Shown piece by piece: positions 51,608-63,284 of a stretch of 64,000 nt of DNA. The notes under the pieces are model-generated. The model made no database searches. It had not been told where the DNA came from and was given only the letters and a program-made list of their open reading frames with translations. Each line of letters opens with the position of its first letter. Position 1 is the stretch's first letter. Source of the stretch: Heptranchias perlo (lineage: Eukaryota); contig NC_090363.1 in assembly GCF_035084215.1 (NCBI RefSeq), positions 12,214,001-12,278,000 on the forward strand. Direction: 5' to 3'. The translations under genes were made by a program, and so were the position numbers.

Positions 51608-51808
51608 TGGGGTGCTTGGGCACAAGGAGAGTAGGAGATAGGCGGTGAGGGGACCCTGGGGTCATTGGGCAACAGTGGGAAGGGGAGACAGGCTGCGAGG
51701 GTACCCTGCGGTGCTTGTGCAATGGAGGAGGGGAAGACAGGTGTTGAAGGAACCCTGGAGTGCTTGGGCACAGAGGGAAGGGGAAACAGGCTGCGAGGGA
51801 ACCCTGGA
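51608..51808 (+). repeat. Degenerate ~50-bp G-rich tandem repeat x4
   Basis: Units like GGTGCTTGGGCACAGAGGGAAGGGGAGACAGGCTGCGAGGGAACCCTGG. Confidence 0.75.
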
Positions 51809-51967
51809 TTATATTATGCGACCAGTGACACTGAGAAACACATACGTTGAACAGTTAGTGACAAATGTCCCGTGTATGTGCTGATCCATTTGTGACACAT
51901 TTTTAATGTCGAATCAAATATTCCTGCGTACGACAGAGACTGTCCGTCAATAATTCCCTTTTACTCA

Positions 51968-52182
51968 CAGTGTACTTGTGCGTATACAGAAGCTGAAACT
52001 GAGACATACGTGTGCCATACAGTACCAGACGGGAGTGAATCGGTCCCTTAAACACGCTGTGTACTGTACATGTACAGGAGCAGAAACTGAGACATACACG
52101 GCCATACAGTACCAGAGGAGAGTGAATTGTTCCCGTGTGCCCGCTGTGCGCTGTACATGTAGAGCAGCTGACATTGAGACAA
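51968..52182 (+). repeat. ~87-bp satellite-like repeat at duplication junctions (also 50697-50760 and 60476-60765)
   Basis: Units GTGTACTGTACATGTACAGGAGCTGACACTGAGACATACACGGCCATACAGTACCAGACGGGAGTGAATC... Confidence 0.8.
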
Positions 52183-53200
52183 GCATGGTCTCTCAGTAAT
52201 CTTAGTGATAACGAAGTCCATCAGCTCGTCGCACTTGTTGTTGGAGATGACTGTAGAGGGGCAGTGGTTAGAGGTTTAAGAAGACCGTTTGCAGTGGAGA
52301 AAAGAAGACGGGGTTTATGTTTTCATTCCAGGATGATCCTGCAATAGTGAGCAATTTCGACAGAGGAGAACAGGACCCGATAAAGCTGTATGTGGTCAAG
52401 CCAGATCTGGCAATGAATTGATAAACCAGTTGTCGGCCATAAATTTTAAAGTCTGGGGCCCTTGGACTTAAGCAAGCGGAGGTGGGAGCTGTGCCAAGGG
52501 CAAGGACCAGTGTGAGATGGAGTAATGGTTTTAATGGAGCAAGGGCAACAAAGTTGGAGGTGCGGGTGTGATTGAGCAGATCAGTAGCCATTAGGTACAG
52601 TGCAGATATTTTATATTGATCAGAATAACTCTTCAGGATAGGACAGTGACCAACAGTCACTCAATCGCCGACCATGTTATGCTGGTGAAATTGTGTCAAT
52701 CGCACTGGCACCTGATTGAACGGTGCTGCCGGGTGATGACCCATTTTATATTCCACTTCCAGCTTCGAAATTGTATGTCATGAAATCAATGCGATTTACT
52801 CCATCACTCTTTCACTCCCACAGCTTTTTGATATCATTTACACTTTGACTGTTATGTGCCAACGGACGGGTTCACATTTTATTCCCCTTCTTCTCAATTT
52901 CATTTTTAGATTTTACAACTGGAACAACGGAGCCTTCTCAGAATTAATTAAAGCATCGTGTTACTAACAGCAGAATCACAAAAGAAGCTGCTTTGAGGTA
53001 ACAGTTTCAGAGCGGGGGATGACTGAGCCTGAGAGTGCCCAGTTGAACCTCGATTTTCTAACTGCCTCATTAAGTGATCGTGGAGCGCACTTTACTCATT
53101 GATTTGGAAAATAAATATGTTCTAATGTGTTTGTTCGAAGACCCGTGGCTAATACCATCTCTTATGTAAAACCACGGTGTCCCTGTGGGACTGACTGGTG

Positions 53201-53207
53201 TATAAAA
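53201..53207 (+). promoter_or_regulatory. TATA box, GPCR copy 2
   Basis: TATAAAA in the same context as copy 1. Confidence 0.6.
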
Positions 53208-53283
53208 CAGCTCCTGTTTCAATACGTTGTCTTAGTGTTCAAACCAGACTCTTGCTTCCACGGTGGTCTGAATTAGGCAGGAA

Positions 53284-53353
53284 ATGGGACGAGCAGCAAT
53301 TTTCTACGAATCAGTCATCTGCTATCCAATTCTTGCAATTATTGGTCTTCCCA
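53284..53353 (+). CDS. GPR139-like GPCR copy 2, exon 1 (MGRAAIFYESVICYPILAIIGLP)
   Basis: ATG at 53284, 70 nt, donor GTAAGT. Confidence 0.85.
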
Positions 53354-53908
53354 GTAAGTAATAAATTAATGATGAAAGGTCATCGACCTGAAACGTTAAC
53401 TTTGCTTGTTTGCCACAGATGCTGCCTCACTGAGTATTTCCAGCATTTTCTGTTTTTATTTCAGAGTTCCAGCATCCGCAGTATTCTGCTCTTGCATGAA
53501 TAACAAGCATGTATTAAGTGAAACATAAATGCATTGTTGCTTTCACGTTTTGCTGTTTGCCTCCATCTCTTTGTTCCTTGGTTGCCCATTTTATGATAAG
53601 CTGATTGAATAGAAATCTCTCACTTATCCTTATTTTCTTCAAAACGATAACTATTGTGATATTATAGAGTGCTCTCGAAACGTATACATCAAATGCAAGT
53701 TCTCCCCTTTGATAAGCGCCTTGCAATTAGCTACCTGGAATACCTGTGGCCATCAGGTTTATCGTGAGGATCATTATGCGGAGTTTTAACCAGATTTCTC
53801 TGGCCTCCTTTCTCATAAATGATAAACAGCCAATGCTAAAGGAGTGTGATTTTATATCGCTGATCTATTTCTTTGTGATTCTCCTGCTTTCTTTCCAATT
53901 TCTTTCAG

Positions 53909-54804
53909 CGAACCTGATGTCAGTTGTGATCCTGTCCCGGGGAAAGTGCAGTCTCTCCAAAGGAATCACTCGTTACATGGCGGCCATGGCAGTAGCAGAT
54001 CTAATGGTTTGCATGTTTAATGTCATTTTGCAAAATATCTTCAGGTATCATTTTCTAGATTCATGGTTGAGCTACACTTACGTGTGCCGTTTTACTGCTT
54101 TTATACAAGTATTTAGCAGCCAACTCTCTGTCTGGTTCACAGTATCATTCACGTTTGACCGCTTCATATCCATTTGTTGTCAGAAACTAAAATTAAAATA
54201 TTGCACAGAAAGAACTGCCACTATAGTTTTAATGATCGTGTGTGCGCTCAGCTTTTTGATGAATATTCCTGTTTATCTCCGTTATGAGCCCTACTCTATT
54301 ATTGACGATATACAGTGGGGGTGCCGTACAGTAACAGGATATTATTCTTCATCCGCATGGGTAGCTTACAAATGGATTAGCACTCTCTCATCCCTAATTC
54401 TCCCATTCCCTTTGTTATTGCTGTTAAATTCTCTCACGGCCAGGCACATCTTAGTGGCCAGTAGATCTCGCAGAGCCCTGAAGAGCCGCAACAACGGGGA
54501 TAACAGCAGTGATCCCGAGATGAAGAACCGAAGAACATCCATCATTCTGCTCTTCGCTATCTCGGGCAGTTTTATTGTGTTGTGGACGCCGATTACTATA
54601 ATAAACATCTGTGTCGGTGTGACGGAGACACCTACTTTCAAAGGTTCAAACTCACTTTATTTGGCAATTGGAGTCACACTTCTGCTGATGTATTTGAGCT
54701 CCTGCACGAACACATACATTTATGCATTGACCCAGAGGAGATTCCGTGAGGAGATGAAGAATATGGTGAAATATCCATTTACTGTCGTTAAGTTATTTAA
54801 ATAA
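53909..54804 (+). CDS. GPR139/GPR142-like GPCR copy 2, exon 2 (full protein 321 aa)
   Basis: Acceptor tctttcag; same 7TM motifs (NTYIY in TM7); ~90% identical to copy 1 by manual alignment. Confidence 0.9.
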
Positions 54805-56927
54805 TTATATTTTAATTCCTCGCATTTTCCTGGCATCTAGGTTGTTTTTTGCGACTTGAAGTTTTTGGCTGAGGCCAGTTATTGCACCCATTGGTTCTCA
54901 TCCTTTCACAACATCAGTTGACCATTTTCCCACCTCACAAGGTGATGGCAGTTACGCTGCTGTTCTAAAACTCGCCATACCAATGTCAGCAAACGAATCA
55001 CACCGAATCCTCCAAACATATTGCTGATAGGATAAACTTCACAATGTTTCACAATCGTCTATTTTTTGAACAATTGAGCGAGCGAAGTTCCCAATCGGTT
55101 CCCGACGATTTGCGGAAGATTCGCTTTGGCTCCCATTGGTGAAGATATCAATTACATAACATAAAGATTCCATCTGGTCTGTACGTGCGAGGGCGTCAGA
55201 TACTCATCAGGGATACTTCTTCTGCGTCCAGTCTGTAAGGATGTCACTGTCGTCCCTGTGTGTAAGGGTTTGAAATTGATGCAACAGCTATACAAAGCAC
55301 TGACTAAACCGCACCTGGAATACTGTGTACAGCTCTGAGCACCGCACCATCGGAAGGAAATATTGATCTTGGAGGGAGTGCTGCCTAGGTTTACGAGAAT
55401 GATACCTGGACGCCAAGGGTTAAATTAGGTGAGATTACACAATCTAGGTTTGTCTTCCCTGGAATTTACAAGATTAAGGTGTGAGTTGATCGAAGTTTTC
55501 AAGATATTAAGGGGAACTGATAGGACAAATAGAGAAAAACTATTTCCGCTGGCCGGTGAGTCTCGGACAAGGGGATACAGCCTAAAAATAGAGCCAGAAC
55601 CTACAGGAGTGAAGTTATGAAACACTTCTACACCCAAAGGGAGGTGGAATTTGGAACTTTCTTCGGCAATCGGCAGTGGATGCTAGCTCTATTGTTAATT
55701 TTAAATCTGAGATTGACCTATTTTTATTAATCAAAGGGAGTAAAGGATTTGGTGCTGAGGCGGGTATAGGAAGTTAGTGCACAGATCAGCCATGAATTCA
55801 TTGAATGGAAGAACAGCCTCGAGGGGCTAAATGTCCCACTCCTGTTCCTATGATCCTATGTTCCTATGATATCAGAAACACAACAATATATGTATTTCTT
55901 CAAAGAGTAAGGGACAGAAATTTTGTTTCTTTGTGATAAGCTTCACACTGCTGTCCTGACCGGAGATTGATAGGCAAGGGAAGTCACATCACTGGGTGTG
56001 CAAGACTATCTCACAATTGGACCATATTGGAAAATAGCAGAACCTTTTTGTTTCATTTATTCTTCGAATGTGGGCATCCCTGGCTAGGCCGTCCTTTATT
56101 GCCCATCCATAGTTGCCCTGAGAACGTGATGACGGGCTTTCTTCCTTGAATCACCGTAAGTTTTTTGAAACAAATATGTGGCTTGCGTGGCCACATTTGA
56201 GTGTAGGAAAGAGTCAACCAAGCACCTCTGCGCCAGAATGGATGGCTGATTTCCTTCCCGAAAGGACATCATTGAAACGATTGGGTTTTTTAAAGTATCG
56301 GACTGCTTTATGATCACTTTTATTGGCTTTTATTTCCATAGAAACAGAATAAAAATTCTCATAAAGTGATGGTGCAATTCACAGCATCTGGATTACTAGC
56401 CCAGCAATATAACCATTGCATTACCATACCCATAACTTCATGATAATGCAGTGTGCAGTTGGCTCAATCCGCGAATCTGAGCCTTGTTTCTAAACAATCC
56501 GTTCCAATTAAAAGCTCATGTTTTGATGTTTTTGGCGTTAGGAGCTCAACAATTCACTTCAATGCTCAAGGATTGTGGACGTGTAAAAGTTGGGCGGGGT
56601 CCGCTCTCCTGCTCAAATTTAAATGACCCCTCTGTGAAAGTGTGCCTGTCTGGAAGCTGGGAACAGCTGAGCTTTGATTAATCCTAGAGTACATCACATG
56701 TCAAGAATCACAGTGCATCCTCTCAGATACTGGAAGATCATACCCTCTGGACCATGTGGCAGGCTTAGCCGAAAACGTCCGTCAATGTTTACCTGTGAAA
56801 GCCCTTACATTTTGCAGAAATACATATGATAATGCATTGCTTATGGTATTCGTGCACACTGAAACCAAAGGTATTCCTCATCATCTCCTGATGTCCTCCG
56901 GCGTACAGACCAATTGCAACTTCTCTG

Positions 56928-57220
56928 TTCTGCAGCTGATATTTTCACTCATATGGACCAAAGGCAATCTTTCCGTTCTGCAGATGATCTCGTCACTCAT
57001 CGGGACCAGATGGAATCTTCCAGTTATGCATCTGATATCGTCACTCATAGGAACCAAAGGCAATTTTCTCAATGTGTCGATTATATATTTACTCATAGCA
57101 ATGAAAGGGAATCTTCCCGTTGTGTAAATAATATCTTCACTCATAGGGACCTGGTGGAATCCTGCCATTGTGTATCTGACATCTTGACTCGTAGGGGAAA
57201 AAAAGGAATCTTCCCCCCTT
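56928..57220. repeat. Degenerate 48-bp tandem repeat (~6 units; ~5 units at 47153-47390)
   Basis: Units like TTCTGCAGATGATATCTTCACTCATAGGGACCAAAGGGAATCTTCCCG. Confidence 0.8.
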
Positions 57221-60200
57221 TGTCAAGCACTGATGGGAATCTTCTCCATCTACGTTTTTATCTCAAATATGAAATGTTTTAAGCTTTAAGTTACACATGT
57301 GATCATCTAACGTTCACCAGATTGATACATCTGGATGAAAGTGTTCAATATGTAACTTGTACTTCATTGCTTTTTCCCCGTCTACGTATGTTGTGAGTCT
57401 ATCTTAAGAATTGATCGCAACTCAGGAAATGCAAAAATGTAATTCATTGCCCGCATGACTGATTGATTACTTTTTCGCTCTGCTGAGCACATCTGAATCA
57501 AAATTGCAATGAATTTATGTGATTTTAAAATATTTTTACTGAGCCAATTCACCAGAAATACTTTTCCATGCAATTTGATTTGATATAACTGTCCTGCTTA
57601 ACGAGTCGATGGCCAATTTATCAGGGCATGAGCTATCTTCGAAAGGCCTGATGTGTAAATGACATCATTCATGATGCAATGATTGGACGGTGATAAACTC
57701 AGACAAGAATCATTGGCGGATTAAAAGAGGAAAGTTGATTATATCGGCCTGCTATCAACAAAGTGGTGGATATGATTGCATGATGAATGATAAAAGTAAT
57801 TATTTTGGGAAAGGAACGGAGTGATGCAGAGTACAGATTGTGGGGAGTTCCTCAGTCCTAAAAGACTCAGGCGATGGGCCATGAGCAACTGCGCAAGTAG
57901 AGGGACATAAGGGGAAGTTTGACAGCAATAAGCCAATCGTTCGTTCCAAATCTTATGATATTAGCTTGTTTAATTGTTCTATTATCATCCCTATCAATGG
58001 CTTTGAATATTTGTAAATTAAATTACCAAAACACTCACCAGTCGGAATCTGATGGTGTATAAAGGAGCCAATGAGGTCATCAGTAGAACTGCCTCACCGA
58101 ACTCCATACTGGTGATCAGAGATTGGAAGAGAACTTTCATGTCGATGGATTAATTAAGATTTAAAAATTACCTCCTTAATTTTGGAAAGCACAAGGTTAA
58201 GTGCAATAGGCCTTTAGTTAGAAAGTCTGAGCAATCGACGTTCTTTGGGATAGAATGTTGGCAAACAGCTCTATAAGTAAAAAGGATATGAGGAATGAAT
58301 GCAACCGACAGTGTGTAAACAGATCAACACGTGGCTGAGATCAGACACATGCATCTCGAAAACCATAGGAAGAATTCTACCAGAGTTAGAGTTTCTTGGA
58401 GTTAATGAAAGGCATGATCCAACATACAGTTTATTATAATGTTGAAACATTACATAATGTGGCCGTGAGAATGCCTTGAAGACATTTTAGTGAGGTTTCA
58501 CTATATGATTGGTATATTAATATATTCCAATTTGGCTTTCACAAGCTTAATCCACATTCAAACATGTGCCTGGGGCAGGAAATGAACACAGGAACAAGAG
58601 TAAACCATTTAGTCCCTCGACCCTTTCCGCTGTTCAATGAGATCATGGCTGATCTGTATCCTAACTCCATCCACCCGCCTTGGTTCCTGATCCTTAAACA
58701 ACCTTGGCTGGCAAAACTTTAATCGATGTAAGATTTATAATTATTAATTGAAGTAGCATCTGTTGCTTTTTGTGGGAGAGAGTTCCACATTGCTACCACT
58801 CTATGTGTGAAGAAATGTTTCCTAATTTCTCACCTCAAAAGCCTGGTTATGATGTTAAGGTTATGTCCCCTTGTCCGAGACTCCCCAACCAGCGGAATTT
58901 TTTCCCCTCCACCGACCCTATCATATCCTTTCCAAATCCAAAAAAAGTCAATCAAATCACCCGTTAACCTTTTATATTCGTGGGACTACAAGACTGGTTC
59001 GTGTATTCTCAGCATATAATCTAACACTTGGAGCCCTGGTAACATTTCTTCACTCAGAGGGTGGTGAACCTATGGAATTCTCTGCCACAGAAGGCTGTGG
59101 AGGCCAAGTCACTGAACATATTTAAGAAGGAGCCAGATAGATTTCTAGACACAAAAGACATCAAGGGGTATGGGGAGAGAGTGGGAATATGGTGTTGAGA
59201 TTAAGGATCAGCCATGATCATATTGAATGGCGGAGCAGGCTCAAAAGGGCGGAATGGCCTACTCCTGCTCCTATTTTCTAAGTTTCCATGTAACATTCTG
59301 GTGAATTTGCGCTGCACTCCTTCCAAGGCCAATATATCCTTTCTGAACTGCAGTGCCCAGAACTGTACACAGTACTCTTGATGTAGTCTAACCAGGGCTT
59401 TGGAAAGCTGGAGCAAACCTTCCTCCCCTTTATATTCTAGCCCTCCACTTATAAAGGCTAACATTCCATTAGTCTTTGTGATTATTTTTTTTTACCTGAC
59501 TACAACATTTTAGTGATCTGTGTAGATGGACCATTAAATATCGTTGGACCTGCACTGGTCCTAACTTTTCACCATTTAAAAATACTCGGATCAATCCTTT
59601 TTTGGTCCAAAATGGATGACCTCACACTTGTCTGAAATTAAATTTCAATAACTTCGCCACAACAAAAGTTAGACTAACAGATTTTTAATTTCCTGGTACT
59701 TCTCTCTCGCATCTTTCTTAAATAAAGGTTTTACATTTGCAGTATTCCAATCTAAAGACGCAATTCCAGAATCGAGAGAGTTTTGGAAGAGTATGGCTAA
59801 AGCATCTGCAATTTCCTCACCGACTTCCTTTAAAATCCAGGCGTGGAAACCATCAGGCCCTGAGGATTTGTCAGTCTATACTGCCCTTATTAATCCTAAT
59901 TTTGTTGTCTTGCTTACATTAACGTCAGTGAGTTTCAGTCCTTGATTCATTATTAATTTCCCTGGAATGTCAGATATATTATCCTTTTCCTCTACTGTGA
60001 AGATTGACACAAAATAATTATTCAACAAGTCTGCCACTTCCTTATTTTCATTTGAAATATTACCAGCGTCTGTTTTGATTACCGTTTTTCTTCTAATATA
60101 ATCGTACACACCTTTTGTGTTAATCTTGGTATCCCTCGCAAGTTTCTTTTCATATTCCGTTTTTGCAGCTCTTATTATCTCTTTTTGTTTCCTTTGCTGT

Positions 60201-60779
60201 TCTTTATATCACCACCAGTCCCCTGGATCTACACTATTCCTTGCACTTTTTAAATGCTCTTTCGTTTAGTTTTATGTTACCTCTCATCTTTTTATTCTGC
60301 CATGGCTCTTCATTGGTACGTTACATTATTTTTTGAACACCGCCCACTGATCATCGGTAGTTTTACTCGTAAACAGTTTTGATAAGTTTGCTTTCGTCAG
60401 TCTCTGTCTCACCGCTTTAAAGTTAGACATATCACCATCTAGAATCTTAGTAATCGTGTTAGGTTTCTCCTTCGGGAATGAATCATTCCCTTTTAACCAC
60501 TGTGTACTGTACATGTACAGGACTGACAATGAAACACACACGGGCCGTACAGTACCAGATGTGAGCAAATCATTCTCTTTTCCCCTTGTGTACTGTACTT
60601 ATAAAGGAGCTGACATTAGGACGCAAACACAGGCCGTACAATACCAGAAGGGCGTGACTCAGTCCCTTTTTCCCGCTGTGTGCTGTCCATGTGCAGAAGC
60701 TGACACTGAGACATACACGGGCCATACTGTCCCAGACGGGAGTGAACCATTCCCCTTTAATATGTAACGTGTTACATTG

Positions 60780-61320
60780 TGTTACATAGCATTTACAACA
60801 GAGAAACAATCCATTCGGACTTTCTCCGACATGAAGTTATCATGCTTCCCCTTAACTACATTTATAGCTTCCGCCTTAACTTCTCCATGTGGTAGCAAGT
60901 TCCATTCTCTAACAACTCTGTGGGTAAAGACGTTGCCCCTGAATTTTTTATTGGATTTATTAGTGACTATTTTATTTTCATGGCCCCTCGTTTTGGACTC
61001 CTCCACAACTGGTAACATCTTCTCTACTTCTACCCTCTCAAACACCTTCATAATCCTGAAGACCTCTATTAGGTCACCCATCAGCCTTCCCTTTTCTTGA
61101 GAAAAGATGTCCAGCCTGTTTGGTCTTTCTTAAAATTTTGATATCATCCATGTAATGTTTTTTGGAATCTTCTCTAGTGCCTCGATACCCTTTTGTAACA
61201 TGGAGACCGCAGTACTCAAAGTTTGGTCGAACCAACGTTCTATTTTGGTTTAACATAACTTCTCTGCTTTTCAATTCTATTCGTTTCGAAATGAACCCCT
61301 GTGTGTTGTTTGTATTTTTA
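60780..61320 (-). mobile_element. CR1 3' fragment, not seen at the equivalent position in unit 1
   Basis: GDLIEVFRIMK...FTHRVVREWNLLP. Confidence 0.8.
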
Positions 61321-63131
61321 TGGCCTTGTATGGAGCAGGATGGTGCGCTCAAACGTGTCAAAGTCTGAGGTCATGTCGAGAAGGGTGAGGAGGGATGGTT
61401 CACCACGGTCACAGTCACATGGGATGTCATTTGTGACTTTGATAAGTTCCGTTTCAATCCTGTGGCAGGAGCGGAAACCTGATTGGAGGGGTTCAAACAT
61501 GGAATAGGGGGAAAGATGGGCACGGATTTCGGGAGGAGACAACAACGTCAAGGACATTGGAGCGGAAATGCAGGTTGGAGATTGTAGTTTGCAAGGGCAG
61601 ATGGGCGAAGGTGTTCTTTTGAGCAGGGTTGTGATGACGACAGATTTAAAGGAGAGCGAGCCAGTAAAATAGCCATTGATTTGCTTCAAATTCTGACACA
61701 AAAGAGTTCACAGCGTGAGAGAAGTTTTGGAATACACGTCAGTCAGAAATACAAAATCTTGGAGATGCTTAACAAGCCTGTTAACATGTGGAAGAGAAAC
61801 TCAGGTTAAAACTCTGCATGAGGATCCTCACGTTAAACCTGATGGCCACAGTTATTCCAGGCAGCTTAGGACAGGGAAACGTTAATATCATCAGCTAACA
61901 TGGGGCTAGGAAGTGAAGTTGGGTGGACAGCAGTTTGGTGGGAATAGGGTCGAGGTAGCAGGAGGTGGTCAAGACTAGCTCGGAGAGCGCATGAGGAGAG
62001 ACAGGCGAGAAAGTAGAGAAAGGAGGAAGTTCAAGGCTAGCGCAGGGAGGAACCTTGGGGTAAGTTTGGCTTCGTGGGTTAAGGGAAAGCAGGGAAGCGG
62101 CAGAGGCAGCAGAACGGATGGTCTCAATCTTAGTAATAACGAAGTCCATGAGCTCGTCGCACTTGTTGTTGGAGCTGACTGCAGAGGGGCAGTGATTAGA
62201 GGTTCAAGAATACCGTTTGCAGTGGAGAAATGACGCCGGGGTTAATGTTATCATTCCAGGATGGTCCTGGAATATTGAGCAATTTTGGCAGAGGAGAATA
62301 GGACACGATAAAGCTTTATGTGGTCCAGCCAGATCTGGCAATGGATTGTTATACCAGTTGTCCGCCGTAAATGTTCAAGTCTGGGTCCCTTGGACTTCAG
62401 GGAGGGGAGATGTGGGCTGTAACGGGGGTAAGGACCAGGGTGAGAGGCAATAATTGTTTTAATGGAGCAAGGGCATCAAAGTTGGAGGTACGGTGTGATT
62501 GAGCAGATCGGTAGCCATTAGGTACAGTGTAGATATTTTATATTGAAAAAAATATGCATTCAGGGTACGATAATGACTAACAGTCACTCAATCGCCGACC
62601 ATGTTGCGCTGGTGAAATTGTGTTCGTCGCACCAGCACCTGATTGAACGGTGCTGCCGGGTGATGACCCATTTTATATTCCCCTCCCAGCTCCGATATTG
62701 TATCTCATGTTGTCAATGCGATTTACTCTATCACTCTATCACTCTCACAGCTTTTTGGTATGATTTGCACTTTGACGGTTAAGTGCTAACTGACAGGTTC
62801 ACATTTTATTCCCCTTCTTCTCCAATTCACTTTTAATTTTTAGAACTGGAACAACGGAGCCTTCGTAGAATTAATTAAAGCATCGAGTTACCAAGAGCTA
62901 AATAACGTCATCAAGAAACTGCTTTGAGGTCACAGTTTCAGCGCGGGGGATGACTGAGCCTCAGAGTGCCCAGTGGAGCCTCGATTTTCGCACTGCCTCA
63001 TTAAATGATCGTGGAGCGCACTTTACTCATTGATTTGGAAAATAAATATGTTCTAATATGTTTGTTCGAAGGCCCGTGGCTAATACCATCTCTTATGTAA
63101 AACCACTGTGTCCCTGTGGGATTGACTGGTG

Positions 63132-63138
63132 TATAAAA
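63132..63138 (+). promoter_or_regulatory. TATA box, GPCR copy 3
   Basis: TATAAAA in the same context as copies 1 and 2. Confidence 0.6.
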
Positions 63139-63214
63139 CAGCTCCTGTTTCAGTTCATTGTCTTTGTGTTCAAACCACACCCTTGCTTCCACGATTGTCC
63201 GGTTTCGGCAGGAA

Positions 63215-63284
63215 ATGGGACGGGCAGCAGTTTTCTCCGAATCAGTCATTTGCTATCCAATTCTTGCAATTATTGGTCTTCCCA
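63215..63284 (+). CDS. GPR139-like GPCR copy 3, exon 1 (MGRAAVFSESVICYPILAIIGLP); exon 2 expected just beyond the window
   Basis: ATG at 63215, 70 nt, donor GTAAGT; the following intron aligns to the long copy-1 intron up to 64000. Confidence 0.8.

Noticed and set aside
53746-53908. Extended N-terminus of the 352-aa GPCR ORF
   Set aside because: Intron sequence upstream of a clear acceptor; it spans the copy-2-specific deletion and is not conserved in copy 1. The real N-terminus comes from exon 1.
44193-54804. The GPCRs as anaphylatoxin (C3a/C4a/C5a) receptors because they adjoin C4
   Set aside because: They lack the acidic/Tyr-rich N-terminus and the NPxxY/CWxP pattern of chemoattractant receptors; proximity alone is not evidence.
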